From NCBI GenBank assembly GCA_016712355.1, contig JADJRF010000001.1, positions 23,286 to 87,285 of the forward strand: a DNA stretch of 64,000 nucleotides. The letters are read 5' to 3'. The stretch is from Vampirovibrionales bacterium (lineage in GTDB: Bacteria; Cyanobacteriota; Vampirovibrionia; Vampirovibrionales; Vampirovibrionaceae). The notes under the pieces are model-generated. The model saw only the letters and a program-made list of their open reading frames with translations, had not been told where the DNA came from and did not search any database. Both the position numbers and the translations under genes were made by a program. Shown one piece after another: positions 1 through 9,171 of this stretch (position 1 is its first letter; every line of letters begins with the position of its first letter).

Positions 1-237
1 GAATACATCCTATTGCGCGCTGGTGTGCCGCTGGTCAACAAACTAATCGATCCGCGCAACCGCGAGCGCGCCGAACGGCACGCCGGCGCACCGCCAGCCT
101 GGGACGGAAAGAAGAAGCACACGGCGTCGCCGGTCGAAGTTATCTTCGACGCAATCGCCTGGGCAACGGGTCACGGGGATGGTCTTCAGCCGGCAGCGCC
201 GCGCGGCAAAGCCGGCAAAGAAAGAAAGGGAAGGTGA
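1..237 (+). CDS. C-terminal end of a gene entering from the left edge (hypothetical)
   Basis: Frame 1 is open from base 1 to TGA 235-237. A GGAAGG SD for the next gene sits in its tail. Confidence 0.4.
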   Translation, partial: EYILLRAGVPLVNKLIDPRNRERAERHAGAPPAWDGKKKHTASPVEVIFDAIAWATGHGDGLQPAAPRGKAGKERKGR

Positions 238-240
238 CAA

Positions 241-1287
241 GTGGCAGAAACGAAGATCGAGTGGACGCACCAGCGCAACCCGGATGGCACGGTGACGCCT
301 GGGTTTACCTTCAACCCCTGGGTGGGTTGCCAGAAGGTAAGCTCTGGCTGCAAGCACTGCTACGCCGAGACGCTGATGGACACGCGCTACGGCAAGGTGA
401 AGTGGGGGCCGGCTGGCACGCGCGTGCGCACCAGCGACGCCAACTGGCGCAAGCCGTTGACATGGAACCGGCAAGCGGAAAAGGAAGGCCGGCGGTTGCG
501 CGTCTTCTGCGCGTCGTTGGCCGATGTCTTCGAGGGTCGCGAAGAAGTTGCACCGTGGCGCGCTGACCTGTTCGAGTTGATTGCGAAGACGCGGATGCTC
601 GATTGGCTGCTGCTGACCAAACGTCCAGAGAATATCGAGCCGATGCTGCGTGCCATTACTACGCCGGGTGGGACGCTAGACGCTTGGCGCCTGTTGGAAA
701 CGGGCTACTATTCCAACGTCTGGCTTGGTACGTCGGTCGAGAACCAGGAAGCCGCCGACGAACGCATTCCGAAGTTGCTGGCGGCGCCGGCAAAGGTGCG
801 CTTCCTGTCGTGCGAGCCGTTGCTTAGCCCGGTCGATTTGATCCGGTTGAATGGAGTGCTAGTGCGCAAGCAAACGCACGCAATCCTCGATGATCGTGGG
901 ACATACGGCATGGCGAACGAATCCGTGCGCTTGCCTGTTGGCGAGACTGGTATCCACTGGGTAATCGTAGGCGGGGAGTCTGGGCAGCAAGCGCGCCCGA
1001 TGAACCCGGAATGGGCGCGCTTGCTGCGCGATCAATGCGTCGATGCCGGCGTTCCCTTCTTCTTCAAGCAGTGGGGCGAATGGGGCGATCCCATCTCAAT
1101 TACGGTAACTGGGCGGGCGCGTGCCGGGTGGTATGAAACGCCGCCCGAAGGGGTGAATCGGCACGAGTTTTCCGGCACAATGGTTGGCGATGTCGAGTTG
1201 CGCTCCTTGAGACCAACGGTTTACCGCGTCGGTAAGGCCGCAGCCGGCCGACTGCTCGACGGGCGCGAGTGGAACGAAACGCCGTAA
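241..1287 (+). CDS. Phage Gp37/Gp68 family (DUF5131) protein
   Basis: N-terminus TKIEWT...NPWVGCQKVSSGCKHCYAE and C-terminal WVIVGGESG...GVPFFFKQWGEW are hallmarks of this family. Confidence 0.8.
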   Translation: MAETKIEWTHQRNPDGTVTPGFTFNPWVGCQKVSSGCKHCYAETLMDTRYGKVKWGPAGTRVRTSDANWRKPLTWNRQAEKEGRRLRVFCASLADVFEGREEVAPWRADLFELIAKTRMLDWLLLTKRPENIEPMLRAITTPGGTLDAWRLLETGYYSNVWLGTSVENQEAADERIPKLLAAPAKVRFLSCEPLLSPVDLIRLNGVLVRKQTHAILDDRGTYGMANESVRLPVGETGIHWVIVGGESGQQARPMNPEWARLLRDQCVDAGVPFFFKQWGEWGDPISITVTGRARAGWYETPPEGVNRHEFSGTMVGDVELRSLRPTVYRVGKAAAGRLLDGREWNETP

Positions 1288-1321
1288 GCGTAGGCGACAA
1301 CGCATAAGAAAGGATTGCCCG

Positions 1322-1708
1322 ATGATTTTGGACAAAGAGAACGTAGCAGAACTGTGGCAGGTGGAAAAAGCAAGAGCCGATCTGTTGGCGGCTGAGCTTG
1401 AGCGCGTTCGCATTGCGCTCGATGGGTACGACGATAGTGACCTGGCATCGCTGGCGCGGACAGTCATGCGTCAGAACGAAGCGTTGCGCGCCGACAACGA
1501 GCAATGGCGCAATGCCATCGAGACGCCGCGCCCGATTCCGCCGGCGCTTGAGATTGCACGCAGCGTCGAAGCCGCGCTTGCTTTGCTGCAAAACGTCGAT
1601 GCCGAGGAGCTTGCTCACGCAGCATTCTTCGCCGGCCACACCGCCGGCTATCGCGAGGGATACGGAAACCGACGATTGGCTGACGCTTCAAGAAAGGAGC
1701 AATCATGA
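1322..1708 (+). CDS. Hypothetical protein (helical)
   Basis: ORF with ATGA overlap to the next gene; coding-like codon bias. Confidence 0.55.
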   Translation: MILDKENVAELWQVEKARADLLAAELERVRIALDGYDDSDLASLARTVMRQNEALRADNEQWRNAIETPRPIPPALEIARSVEAALALLQNVDAEELAHAAFFAGHTAGYREGYGNRRLADASRKEQS

Positions 1709-2229
1709 TTCTGTGGAAAGCAACGTTGCGTCCGCACCAACTGGAACTCGGCGCGTCGCTTGTGGTGTACGCGCTCTCTGAGACACCAGAGGGAGCCATG
1801 AGAGCGGCGAAACGACAAGGCGACCGGATACTGCATGAGCGAATGCGCCGGCCAGGTGATCTGGAGGGCATCGTAATCGAGTCGCGCTGCGACTTCGAGC
1901 GCCTTGAGCGGTTGTCGAGCGACAACAACCTGATCTGGGACTCAGCGCCCTACTACCCCTACCTGGCAGGTAGGGGACAGTACGAACTGCAAGGCAGAGA
2001 CGGTGACTATCTGAGTTTGTGGCAGGTTGAGCTTTCACCAAACAAACCGCAGATGGCAATGGAGATGCAAGTCAACGTCGTGGCCGGCGACATTCAGACG
2101 GCGCTCGTATACGCCAAGCGGATTGCCGAGGCAGAGTTCGCACACTTCGAGGATGACGACGTGCAGTACACGCCGACCAGCGCAACGCTGTTGGCGAGTT
2201 GCGTGCAGGTGGCGACAGGAGGGGCATAG
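1705..2229 (+). CDS. Hypothetical protein
   Basis: ATG overlaps the upstream stop (ATGA); ends 1 nt before the next start. Confidence 0.55.
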   Translation: MILWKATLRPHQLELGASLVVYALSETPEGAMRAAKRQGDRILHERMRRPGDLEGIVIESRCDFERLERLSSDNNLIWDSAPYYPYLAGRGQYELQGRDGDYLSLWQVELSPNKPQMAMEMQVNVVAGDIQTALVYAKRIAEAEFAHFEDDDVQYTPTSATLLASCVQVATGGA

Positions 2230-2230
2230 C

Positions 2231-3211
2231 ATGTACATGCTGGAACGGCACTACGACGCGCTAACAAAAGGCTTGCCAGATCGCACCCAACTACAGGCGG
2301 TGAACATCACGAACGCCGCCACGTGGTTCTTCGATGACACCAAGAATATCATCGTGGAACCGTTGATGCTTGAAACTCCGCACAAGGTTTTTGCCTGGAA
2401 GTGGGATGGCGACTTTCCCGCCGTCATTCCACCCTTCCCTGTGACATGGATGGAGTACAAGATTCCGAAGTGGATCAGCGACATAGTTGACGCCAACGGT
2501 GTCTTCACGGAAGTCGGAAACAACATCGACACGATGGGATACCTGATTCGCGCCGAACCGTTGCAGTCCGAGTATGGGTGGTTGATTACCTGGGAATCTT
2601 GGCGGATGCTGAACGCGCGCTTGGAACGGATGGAGCGCAAAACAGGACATTTGGGTCGCTGGTTCGATGGATGGGAAGGATCGCTCCATCCCTGGTGGAA
2701 AATGACGGCAAAATGCACCCGGCAAGGGGAACTTATCACCGACAGCATCTTGTACGAGTTCGATGAAGATGGCGACCATTTTGTAGAAACCGAGGCGACA
2801 ATCGAGCAAAGACGCCAGGATACCGACGAAACGGAACACTGGTTGTACGGCTACGAGATTTGGGGCACGTTTCATCCCGTCCTGTTTGCCACCTCCTTGA
2901 TGCACGCCAAGAATGTGCATCTTGTCGATAGCCCGCTGCCGCCAGCCGTTGCCAAGCGGCGACGGCGTGAAGGTAAACCCGCCATCACATTCAAGACGCT
3001 GACTATCGAGTCTATACGTAAGCAGGCGGCGACGGCGACCGATGGCGGCAATGTCGGCGCCAAGCGCGCAATGCACATTGTGCGCGGCCACTTTAAGGAC
3101 TATCGCAATTCCGGCGGTCTCTTTGGAAAACACAAGGGGCTGTATTGGTGGGACATGCGCGTCGCTGGAGATGAGCACGCCGGCAAAGTGATCAAGGACT
3201 ACAGGATTTAG
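2231..3211 (+). CDS. Hypothetical protein
   Basis: Internal ATG 2231 of ORF 2027..3211, immediately after the upstream TAG. The longer form would overlap the upstream gene by 200 nt. Confidence 0.6.
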   Translation: MYMLERHYDALTKGLPDRTQLQAVNITNAATWFFDDTKNIIVEPLMLETPHKVFAWKWDGDFPAVIPPFPVTWMEYKIPKWISDIVDANGVFTEVGNNIDTMGYLIRAEPLQSEYGWLITWESWRMLNARLERMERKTGHLGRWFDGWEGSLHPWWKMTAKCTRQGELITDSILYEFDEDGDHFVETEATIEQRRQDTDETEHWLYGYEIWGTFHPVLFATSLMHAKNVHLVDSPLPPAVAKRRRREGKPAITFKTLTIESIRKQAATATDGGNVGAKRAMHIVRGHFKDYRNSGGLFGKHKGLYWWDMRVAGDEHAGKVIKDYRI

Positions 3212-3215
3212 CGAC

Positions 3216-3662
3216 ATGGACGATTTACATCTGGAGTTGTTGAGCTTATGGGACAAGCTGGATTCGATACCGGAGCCTGCGCCAAGCCATCGCAATCGGA
3301 CGATGACGGCGTGGGCGGATGCAATCAGCCAGGTACGGAAGGGGCTGACAGTTGCGTCGAATCGGGCGTTGGCGATGCAGGTAGAGAACGCCAGGCTGCG
3401 GGCGCGAGTGGCGGCGTGGGAGAGTGCGGTGCAGACGGCGCGGTTGAATAATCCGTACGCGCTAGATGCGTTCACGCCGGTGACGCAAGACGACTGGGCA
3501 CGACTATCTGATCTAGTGCTGGCCGAGCTTGGGCACGGTCTCGACCGGTACAGTGCGGCGATGATGGTGACGGCGTGGGACGGGTGTACGGCGTGGGACG
3601 GGTGTACGGCGGCGATTACAACGATGGCGACTGAGGCGATTGGCGATGAAGATGTCATCTAA
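3216..3662 (+). CDS. Hypothetical protein with TAWDGC tandem duplication
   Basis: ORF; contains an 18-bp tandem repeat at 3570-3613. Confidence 0.55.
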   Translation: MDDLHLELLSLWDKLDSIPEPAPSHRNRTMTAWADAISQVRKGLTVASNRALAMQVENARLRARVAAWESAVQTARLNNPYALDAFTPVTQDDWARLSDLVLAELGHGLDRYSAAMMVTAWDGCTAWDGCTAAITTMATEAIGDEDVI

Positions 3663-3945
3663 GAAGCGTGCAATTCTGATGATCGTGCTGGCCGCCCTAC
3701 TGCTGGCGCTGTACTTGCCGGCGCGTGCGTGTTGCGAGACGACGCCGCCGCTGACGCCAGACCCAAACCCACCAATCTCCTCCACGCGCAGCCCGGAACT
3801 ATTTCTGCCGCTGGTTGCCGGCGGCGCCTTGATTGGTATCGAGATCGTCACGCCTACACCCACGAACACGGCGACGCCCACCGCAACCTCGACGCCAATC
3901 CCGCCGATCCATCCGACTCTGACCATCGTTACGCCGACGCCATAG
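3640..3945 (+). CDS. Secreted/membrane-anchored Pro/Thr-rich protein
   Basis: Basic N-terminus, hydrophobic helix ILMIVLAALLLALYL, then a TP-rich low-complexity region. Confidence 0.5.
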   Translation: MAMKMSSKKRAILMIVLAALLLALYLPARACCETTPPLTPDPNPPISSTRSPELFLPLVAGGALIGIEIVTPTPTNTATPTATSTPIPPIHPTLTIVTPTP

Positions 3946-3966
3946 CGAGAGCCGCCAAACTTCCGC

Positions 3967-3998
3967 AAGGACGCCAGGTGTATGTACCTGGCGTCCTT
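3967..3998 (+). terminator. Stem-loop terminator
   Basis: AAGGACGCCAGGT-gtatgt-ACCTGGCGTCCTT (13-bp stem) followed by GTTTAT. Confidence 0.6.
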
Positions 3999-4010
3999 GT
4001 TTATGCATAA

Positions 4011-4058
4011 TTGACATATATTATGCTGTATGGTATTATTTTACTGAATCGGCAATGT
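4011..4058 (+). promoter_or_regulatory. Sigma70-like promoter with downstream GGCAATGT box
   Basis: TTGACA (4011-4016), 17-nt spacer, TGG-TATTAT (4034-4039), GGCAATGT 4051-4058. Same architecture at 38715 and 56974. Confidence 0.6.
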
Positions 4059-4082
4059 TTCATAATTCATCAGGGGGACATC

Positions 4083-4193
4083 ATGGAAGAAGAAGGTGGT
4101 TACTCAGGCGTTTTCTATGTGATGCTGATTATTGGCATCGTCGGCGTGTTGGGTTTCTTTGTTGTGGCCGCCGGCGCCGCTGGCGGGATGTAG
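4083..4193 (+). CDS. Small single-pass membrane protein
   Basis: GGGGGA SD then ATG 4083; hydrophobic core VFYVMLIIGIVGVLGFFVVAAGAA. Confidence 0.4.
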   Translation: MEEEGGYSGVFYVMLIIGIVGVLGFFVVAAGAAGGM

Positions 4194-4203
4194 GAGAGGC
4201 GGC

Positions 4204-4593
4204 GTGCTGTTGAAATGCACCAGAGGCCACATGCACAGTTCGGATCGTCATGATCCGAACTGTGCCGACCGTGTAATCGGCGGCGTGTGTGGGCGTCGCA
4301 CCGGGAAGAAGCAGTGTGGCGCAATCTTGCATTTGGTACAAGACGACAACGGCGCGTCGCCATCATTTGTGGTTGGTCGGTTGGATGCTGGTGCGTTGCG
4401 CGCTCACATTGCGCTGGACGCGCCGGTCGTCGGTCGCTCCAGACGGCGATTGGCGTTGTGCCGGCGCGATATGTTGACGCTGGAAGCATCTGGGATGGAC
4501 GGCGCACAGATCGCCGCTTACATCTCGACGCGTGACGATCTGTGTGCGCACTGCGTCAGAATTTTTGCCGCCGTCTATGGGGGTGAGGCGTGA
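4204..4593 (+). CDS. Hypothetical protein
   Basis: AGGAGAGG SD then GTG 4204, in frame with ORF 4132..4593. Confidence 0.5.
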   Translation: MLLKCTRGHMHSSDRHDPNCADRVIGGVCGRRTGKKQCGAILHLVQDDNGASPSFVVGRLDAGALRAHIALDAPVVGRSRRRLALCRRDMLTLEASGMDGAQIAAYISTRDDLCAHCVRIFAAVYGGEA

Positions 4594-5231
4594 GACAGAC
4601 CTACTACATCACGGCGCCACCCAACGCCAAACCCTGGGGACTGAAAGACGCGTTGGCCGAGTACAAGCTCGACATCAAGTACGCCGCCGAACTCTACTAC
4701 ACCAACGGCGCGACGCGGCGGGTACGCGACTTCGAGCGGTTCAAAGCGCCAGCGGAAAACTTGCTGCTACTGGCATCCTGGTCGGTCGTCATCGCTGGCG
4801 GCTTCCTGCTGCCGCCCGTGACATTTGTGGGCGCGGTCGCCACTGGCTCCGGGTTGGGCATGGCGGCGGGCGCGGCCGGTGTGGCCGCCGGCGTCGCAGT
4901 GGCGCCCAAAGGCCAGCCAGCGTTGATGTTGATCGAAGTGACCTTTCGCAACGTCACCGAGGATCGTATCAAGTGGGCCGAGTACGCGCTGGTGACGTGG
5001 TGCCTGCTCAACCGGTACGAACTGCGCGGCGATCTGGTCGAGGGACGTAATCTGACCTGGGCACAGAACCGGCTAAACCGGCAAGTGGCCGAAGGGCAAA
5101 AGCCGTCGATGCCGACGCCCTGGGGAAGCACAGCGGGCAAGCGCAAGGCCAGCGCCAAGCGCGCTGCGAAGGCAAACGCGCCAACAGCCGGCGCTGCAAA
5201 GCAGTTCGGCAAATGGCTTTGGGGCAAGTAA
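4590..5231 (+). CDS. Hypothetical membrane protein
   Basis: GTGA overlap with the upstream gene; central Gly/Ala-rich hydrophobic segment; basic C-terminus. Confidence 0.55.
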   Translation: MRQTYYITAPPNAKPWGLKDALAEYKLDIKYAAELYYTNGATRRVRDFERFKAPAENLLLLASWSVVIAGGFLLPPVTFVGAVATGSGLGMAAGAAGVAAGVAVAPKGQPALMLIEVTFRNVTEDRIKWAEYALVTWCLLNRYELRGDLVEGRNLTWAQNRLNRQVAEGQKPSMPTPWGSTAGKRKASAKRAAKANAPTAGAAKQFGKWLWGK

Positions 5232-5275
5232 AACGGCGAATGATCGGCGGATATACAGGGCGGAAAGGTGTTGAA

Positions 5276-5587
5276 ATGTCTGCTACCCAAATCAATCTAC
5301 TGCCAGACGTACCACCGATGGGGACGCGTCTGATTGCTATCAATAATGCTAGTGTCGATCAGCGTGTGCGCTCGGAACTACTTGCACACGCACCGGAATG
5401 GGCGCGCTGGTGGACGCAAGACGCAAGCGGAGCCGGCCTCTACTGGGATCATCAGCCTGTGGCCGACTTGCTGTTCGGGTGTTGGGTGGCGGCGCCAGAT
5501 CGCCAACGGAACCATCGGACGTTGCGGCGGGATATGCCGTTGGCTGGTGCGTGGCAGGACATATTGATCGAGGTGACGCGTGACTGA
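5276..5587 (+). CDS. Hypothetical protein
   Basis: GGAAAGGTG SD then ATG 5276, in frame with ORF 5213..5587. Confidence 0.5.
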   Translation: MSATQINLLPDVPPMGTRLIAINNASVDQRVRSELLAHAPEWARWWTQDASGAGLYWDHQPVADLLFGCWVAAPDRQRNHRTLRRDMPLAGAWQDILIEVTRD

Positions 5588-5741
5588 CACCACATGCAGA
5601 ATGTGCAGTGGAACTGGCAGCGTGGACACCTTTGGCTTTTACGGTGTGCCCTGCCCAGACTGCAACGGTACGGGCAAGCTGCCCGTCGCCTACGAATGGA
5701 CGCACGAAGAACGCCCGTGCCGCTGTACGCCGTCCCACTGA
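5580..5741 (+). CDS. Small zinc-finger protein (DnaJ-type CxxCxGxG x2), ends at in-frame TGA
   Basis: GTG 5580 preceded by GAGGTGA. Encodes CRMCSGTG and CPDCNGTG, then THEERPCRCTPSH-stop. The paralog motif continues in frame after the TGA. Confidence 0.45.
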   Translation: MTDTTCRMCSGTGSVDTFGFYGVPCPDCNGTGKLPVAYEWTHEERPCRCTPSH

Positions 5742-5838
5742 CCATTCTGCCACCGTTGCAGTGGCACGGGCATCTACAGGAGCGCACGACTACAGAGGGT
5801 GGCGCCGTCATCCTCTGATTCCTCAGAGGAGAAAGAAC

Positions 5839-6189
5839 ATGCCGACAGTAGCGTTTATCGCTCTTGAGGAATTCGACCGAGGCAACGCCGACGCTGCGCA
5901 AGCTCTCCTAGAGAGTCTACGCTCGCCGGCACGTTTCCAGATCGTCGGGCACTGGCAAGAAATCCGCCGCAACTGCCAGCGGCGCGTCACGCCGGAAATA
6001 GAACGCCGGCGCGTCAATGGGCTGAATGTCGAAGCATCCGGCGCGGCGCTAGATCGCTGCCTGCTGCAATCGCCTGACGGCTTGGGGCTACGTTGGTGGT
6101 TGTCCGGCGGATCGATCTTGGCCTACGGAATTTGCACGCTGGCGAATTGTCCGTTGGCGGCAACACAAGCAGAGGTGACGCGTGACTGA
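5839..6189 (+). CDS. Hypothetical protein
   Basis: GAGGAGAAAG SD then ATG 5839, in frame with ORF 5608..6189. Confidence 0.5.
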   Translation: MPTVAFIALEEFDRGNADAAQALLESLRSPARFQIVGHWQEIRRNCQRRVTPEIERRRVNGLNVEASGAALDRCLLQSPDGLGLRWWLSGGSILAYGICTLANCPLAATQAEVTRD

Positions 6190-6397
6190 CGGCATGGGAT
6201 TCAAGACGCTCGTCTGGACACACGAGGAACGCCCGTGCCGCTGCACGCCAGAGCATCGGCCACACTGCCATCGTTGCGGTGGTAGCGGCATAGTGAAGTT
6301 GGCACGACTACGGAGGATCGACGATGCTACCACGGTACACCAAGCCACGCACGGCGCACCTGACGCCGCAACCGATCACCAAACAACAAGTGCTTGA
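6182..6397 (+). CDS. Small zinc-finger protein, paralog of 5580..5741
   Basis: GTG after GAGGTGA; motif THEERPCRCTPEHRPHCHRCGGSG. The 3' tail overlaps the next gene. Confidence 0.45.
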   Translation: MTDGMGFKTLVWTHEERPCRCTPEHRPHCHRCGGSGIVKLARLRRIDDATTVHQATHGAPDAATDHQTTSA

Positions 6398-6563
6398 CGC
6401 CGCTGCGCACTGGCGCAGGATAGCCGACGATCACGCCGCCTTCGCTGACCGAGAAACCGCGCTCGGCCTGCCACGCGGTGACGTGTCCAGTTATCGGGCG
6501 CGCGCCAGGTTGTGGTATCAAGTGGCGGATGACTTGGAAGCGCAAGCGGAGGGGATGAAATGA
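6324..6563 (+). CDS. Hypothetical protein
   Basis: GGAGGA SD then ATG 6324; ATGA-type coupling to the next gene. Confidence 0.5.
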   Translation: MLPRYTKPRTAHLTPQPITKQQVLDAAAHWRRIADDHAAFADRETALGLPRGDVSSYRARARLWYQVADDLEAQAEGMK

Positions 6564-6781
6564 ATGAATTAGATGCACAAGCTCTACAAGAATTGCTTGA
6601 CGCTCTGCCACGCATGAGCAGCGTGACGATCCGGGTCGCGTTCCAAGATACAAAAGAGTACTGGATCAGCTACGACGATGGCCGCGTCCGATTTATCCCA
6701 GGAACGCCATCCTACGGAACTATTAGCGATGGGTGCGAGCGGGCATTGCGGAATCTGCGCGATAGGGAAGTGACGCCGTGA
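6560..6781 (+). CDS. Hypothetical protein
   Basis: ORF with start overlapping the upstream stop. Confidence 0.5.
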   Translation: MNELDAQALQELLDALPRMSSVTIRVAFQDTKEYWISYDDGRVRFIPGTPSYGTISDGCERALRNLRDREVTP

Positions 6782-6936
6782 CCATCTACGAGTTTCGGCG
6801 CCTCCTCGACTGGTGCGACTGCACCAGGAATCGGGCGAACTGGGTTCAACGTCTAATCCTTGCGAGCGCCGCATACGATGCGCGCACTCGCGCCGGAATA
6901 CTGGCATTGGTCGCGTGGATCGAGAGAGAGCCATGA
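6778..6936 (+). CDS. Small hypothetical protein (52 aa)
   Basis: GTGA overlap upstream and ATGA overlap downstream fill an otherwise empty gap. Below the ORF-track length cutoff. Confidence 0.4.
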   Translation: MTIYEFRRLLDWCDCTRNRANWVQRLILASAAYDARTRAGILALVAWIEREP

Positions 6937-7301
6937 AGCACTCCGCTCAACTTGACGACTACATCGCCGCCAACGAATCGGCCATCCGCACCAACCCACC
7001 GCGCAACAACCCGGCTTACGCGGATGATCCTATCGCCGTCTGGCGGTACTACATGCGTGTGTTCGGTTACGGTCTGGCCGGCTTCGATGAGAAGGAAGCG
7101 ACAGACGCGATCAAGTTGCTCTACAGCCGGTGGTTTGTATTCTTGGAGTTCAACAGCAAGATGCCGAAGATCGACAACCACCTGTTTTTGGGCTGGATTC
7201 GAGATGCCATGCGAGAGGCGCAAGCCGGCGATGCGCGGCGCAAAGCTCAGCGATCCAAAGTTATCAAGGTCGAACAAGGCGCGCTGGCGTATGGAGACTG
7301 A
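6933..7301 (+). CDS. Hypothetical protein
   Basis: ATG 6933, in frame with ORF 6813..7301. Confidence 0.55.
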   Translation: MKHSAQLDDYIAANESAIRTNPPRNNPAYADDPIAVWRYYMRVFGYGLAGFDEKEATDAIKLLYSRWFVFLEFNSKMPKIDNHLFLGWIRDAMREAQAGDARRKAQRSKVIKVEQGALAYGD

Positions 7302-7494
7302 CGGCTTTCTGCGCCAGATCGGGCGCGTGCGGATGCCGGCCTCGACCGTGTGCGCACGGTGTGGGTCGGCGGTTGTCGAAATGGCGATCCGGGAAGATGG
7401 CGCGGTCAAGGCGTACTGCCTGGCTTGCGTGGAGCAGATGAAAGAGGAAAGAGCGCAGAACAATGACCAAGAAATCCTATCTCACCGTAACTGA
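7291..7494 (+). CDS. Small zinc-ribbon protein
   Basis: ATG 7291, in frame with ORF 6952..7494; CARCG...CLAC pairs. Confidence 0.45.
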   Translation: METDGFLRQIGRVRMPASTVCARCGSAVVEMAIREDGAVKAYCLACVEQMKEERAQNNDQEILSHRN

Positions 7495-8884
7495 CCAGTT
7501 TTGCGGCGCGGGCGGCTCCAGTATCGGCGCGACCGCGGCTGGCGTAGAGCTTCGGCTGGCGCTCAACCACTGGCAACTTGCCATCGAGACGCACAACAGC
7601 AACTTTCCCAACGCCATGCACGACTGCACCGACATTTCGGCGTGCGATCCGCGTCGCTATCCATCGACGGACATCCTGATTACATCTCCAGAATGCACAA
7701 ATCACAGCCTGGCGAAAGGCAAACGCCGATTCAGCCAGCCCGATCTGTTCGGTGCGAACGTGCCCGACCCGGCAGAGGAGCGCAGCCGGGCGACCATGTG
7801 GGACGTGCCCAGATTTGCGGAGTATCACCGCTACAACGCCATCATTGTAGAGAACGTGGTCGATGCGCGGCACTGGGTCACGTGGGACGCATGGCTGCAC
7901 GCCATGCAGTTGTTGGGCTATGAGCATCAGATCGTCTTCTTCAACAGCATGTTTGCGTGGCCGACGCCGCAGTCGAGAGACCGCATGTACGTCATCTTCT
8001 CGCGCAAGGGCAATGCACGCCCTGATCTCGACTTCCACCCGGCTGCGCACTGCGAGACATGCGGCAAGACCGTCGAGAGCGTCCAGTCCTGGAAGCGTCA
8101 CGGTCAGCGGTGGGGCCGATACGGTGCGCAGTACGTCTATCGTTGTCCAATTTGCGCCGCCGAGGTCAAGCCGTTCTACAACCCCGCTGCATCTGCAATC
8201 GACTGGACGCTGCCAGCCACGCGCATTGGCGACCGCGACAAACCGCTCAAGGCCAAGACTCTGGAACGCATCCAGAGGGGACTGGACAAGTACGGGCGGC
8301 AAGACCTGATCGTTGCCAACTACACGCCTGGCTGGTCACGGCCAGCGAGCGATGCGCCATTCGGTACGATCACCACATACGACCATCACGCGTTGGTCGT
8401 GCAGTTGTCGTATGGCGGATCGAACAATAGGGCGCGAAGCGCGTCCGAACCGATGCCGACGCAGACGACCAGGCAAGACACGGCATTGATCATGCCCTAC
8501 TACAGCACTGGCGTCGCCAAACCGGCAAGCGAACCAGTTCCGACCGTAACCACAACCGACCGCCACGCATTGATTGTGCCGCCCTTCCTGCTCGGCTATT
8601 ACACGCGTGTTGCCGGCGTCCAAGCCGCTGTCAGCGGAATTGATGAGCCTATGCCCACGCAGAGCACGCAGCCGCGTCACTATCTGGTGCAACCAGGCGA
8701 TGTGTCATCTGTCGAGGATTGTGGATTCAGGATGTTGCGCCCGCACGAAATCAAGGCGGCGATGGCGTTCCCGACGGACTACATCGTGCGCGGGAACAAT
8801 CGTGATCAGGTGCGCCAGTACGGAAATGCAGTGACGCCGCCGATCATGCAGATGCTGATCGAACGTGTGGTGGCGGCGCTATGA
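7463..8884 (+). CDS. DNA (cytosine-5)-methyltransferase
   Basis: Motif I DQFCGAGG, motif IV TSPECTNHS, motif VI IIVENV, motif VIII QSRDRMYV, motif X GNAVTPP. Confidence 0.9.
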   Translation: MTKKSYLTVTDQFCGAGGSSIGATAAGVELRLALNHWQLAIETHNSNFPNAMHDCTDISACDPRRYPSTDILITSPECTNHSLAKGKRRFSQPDLFGANVPDPAEERSRATMWDVPRFAEYHRYNAIIVENVVDARHWVTWDAWLHAMQLLGYEHQIVFFNSMFAWPTPQSRDRMYVIFSRKGNARPDLDFHPAAHCETCGKTVESVQSWKRHGQRWGRYGAQYVYRCPICAAEVKPFYNPAASAIDWTLPATRIGDRDKPLKAKTLERIQRGLDKYGRQDLIVANYTPGWSRPASDAPFGTITTYDHHALVVQLSYGGSNNRARSASEPMPTQTTRQDTALIMPYYSTGVAKPASEPVPTVTTTDRHALIVPPFLLGYYTRVAGVQAAVSGIDEPMPTQSTQPRHYLVQPGDVSSVEDCGFRMLRPHEIKAAMAFPTDYIVRGNNRDQVRQYGNAVTPPIMQMLIERVVAAL

Positions 8885-9168
8885 CCGAACTTCGTTACAC
8901 CGAACAGGATGTCCTCGACTTGAACGCGGAAGCGTGGTTCAAGATCATGGTTGAAGAACTCAAAACACTGTCGGCGCAATTCTGGAATCAGCGACTATCC
9001 AATACTGATCGATCCAGACTCCAGAGAGCAGCCGAGCTGCGAAAAGCCGGCGCCGTGCTGGTTGACGCCGATATGCGCTACGTGGGCGAATATGATGCTC
9101 CATTGGTCGAAGACCCATTCGATCCTGGCCGTTTCGTAACGATTCGACATGTAGAAAGGAACATGTGA
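8881..9168 (+). CDS. Hypothetical protein
   Basis: ATGA overlap with the MTase gene. Confidence 0.5.
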   Translation: MTELRYTEQDVLDLNAEAWFKIMVEELKTLSAQFWNQRLSNTDRSRLQRAAELRKAGAVLVDADMRYVGEYDAPLVEDPFDPGRFVTIRHVERNM

Positions 9169-9171
9169 CAC

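Noticed and set aside
2291-3658. Long antisense ORFs (also 21053-21886, 22113-23201, 36139-37125, 41088-42200, 53454-54671, 55380-56495, 57070-57891, all minus strand)
   Set aside because: These are shadow ORFs typical of GC-rich DNA. They lie opposite genes with clear motifs or coupling, have Arg/Ala/Pro-rich low-complexity translations, and lack SD/start context.
5739-5741. In-frame TGA as a selenocysteine codon
   Set aside because: I see no SECIS-like stem-loop immediately downstream, and the paralog has Arg rather than Cys at this position. A nonsense mutation, readthrough or sequencing error is more likely.
5570-6189. Repeated junction GAGGTGACGCGTGACTGA at 5570-5587 and 6172-6189, considered as a recombination scar or duplication boundary
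   Set aside because: It is more simply a reused coupling cassette: GAGGTGA Shine-Dalgarno, GTG start of the next ORF, and an overlapping TGA stop. A similar GAAGTGACGCCGTGA occurs at 6767-6781. The real paralogy is in the downstream zinc-finger coding segment.
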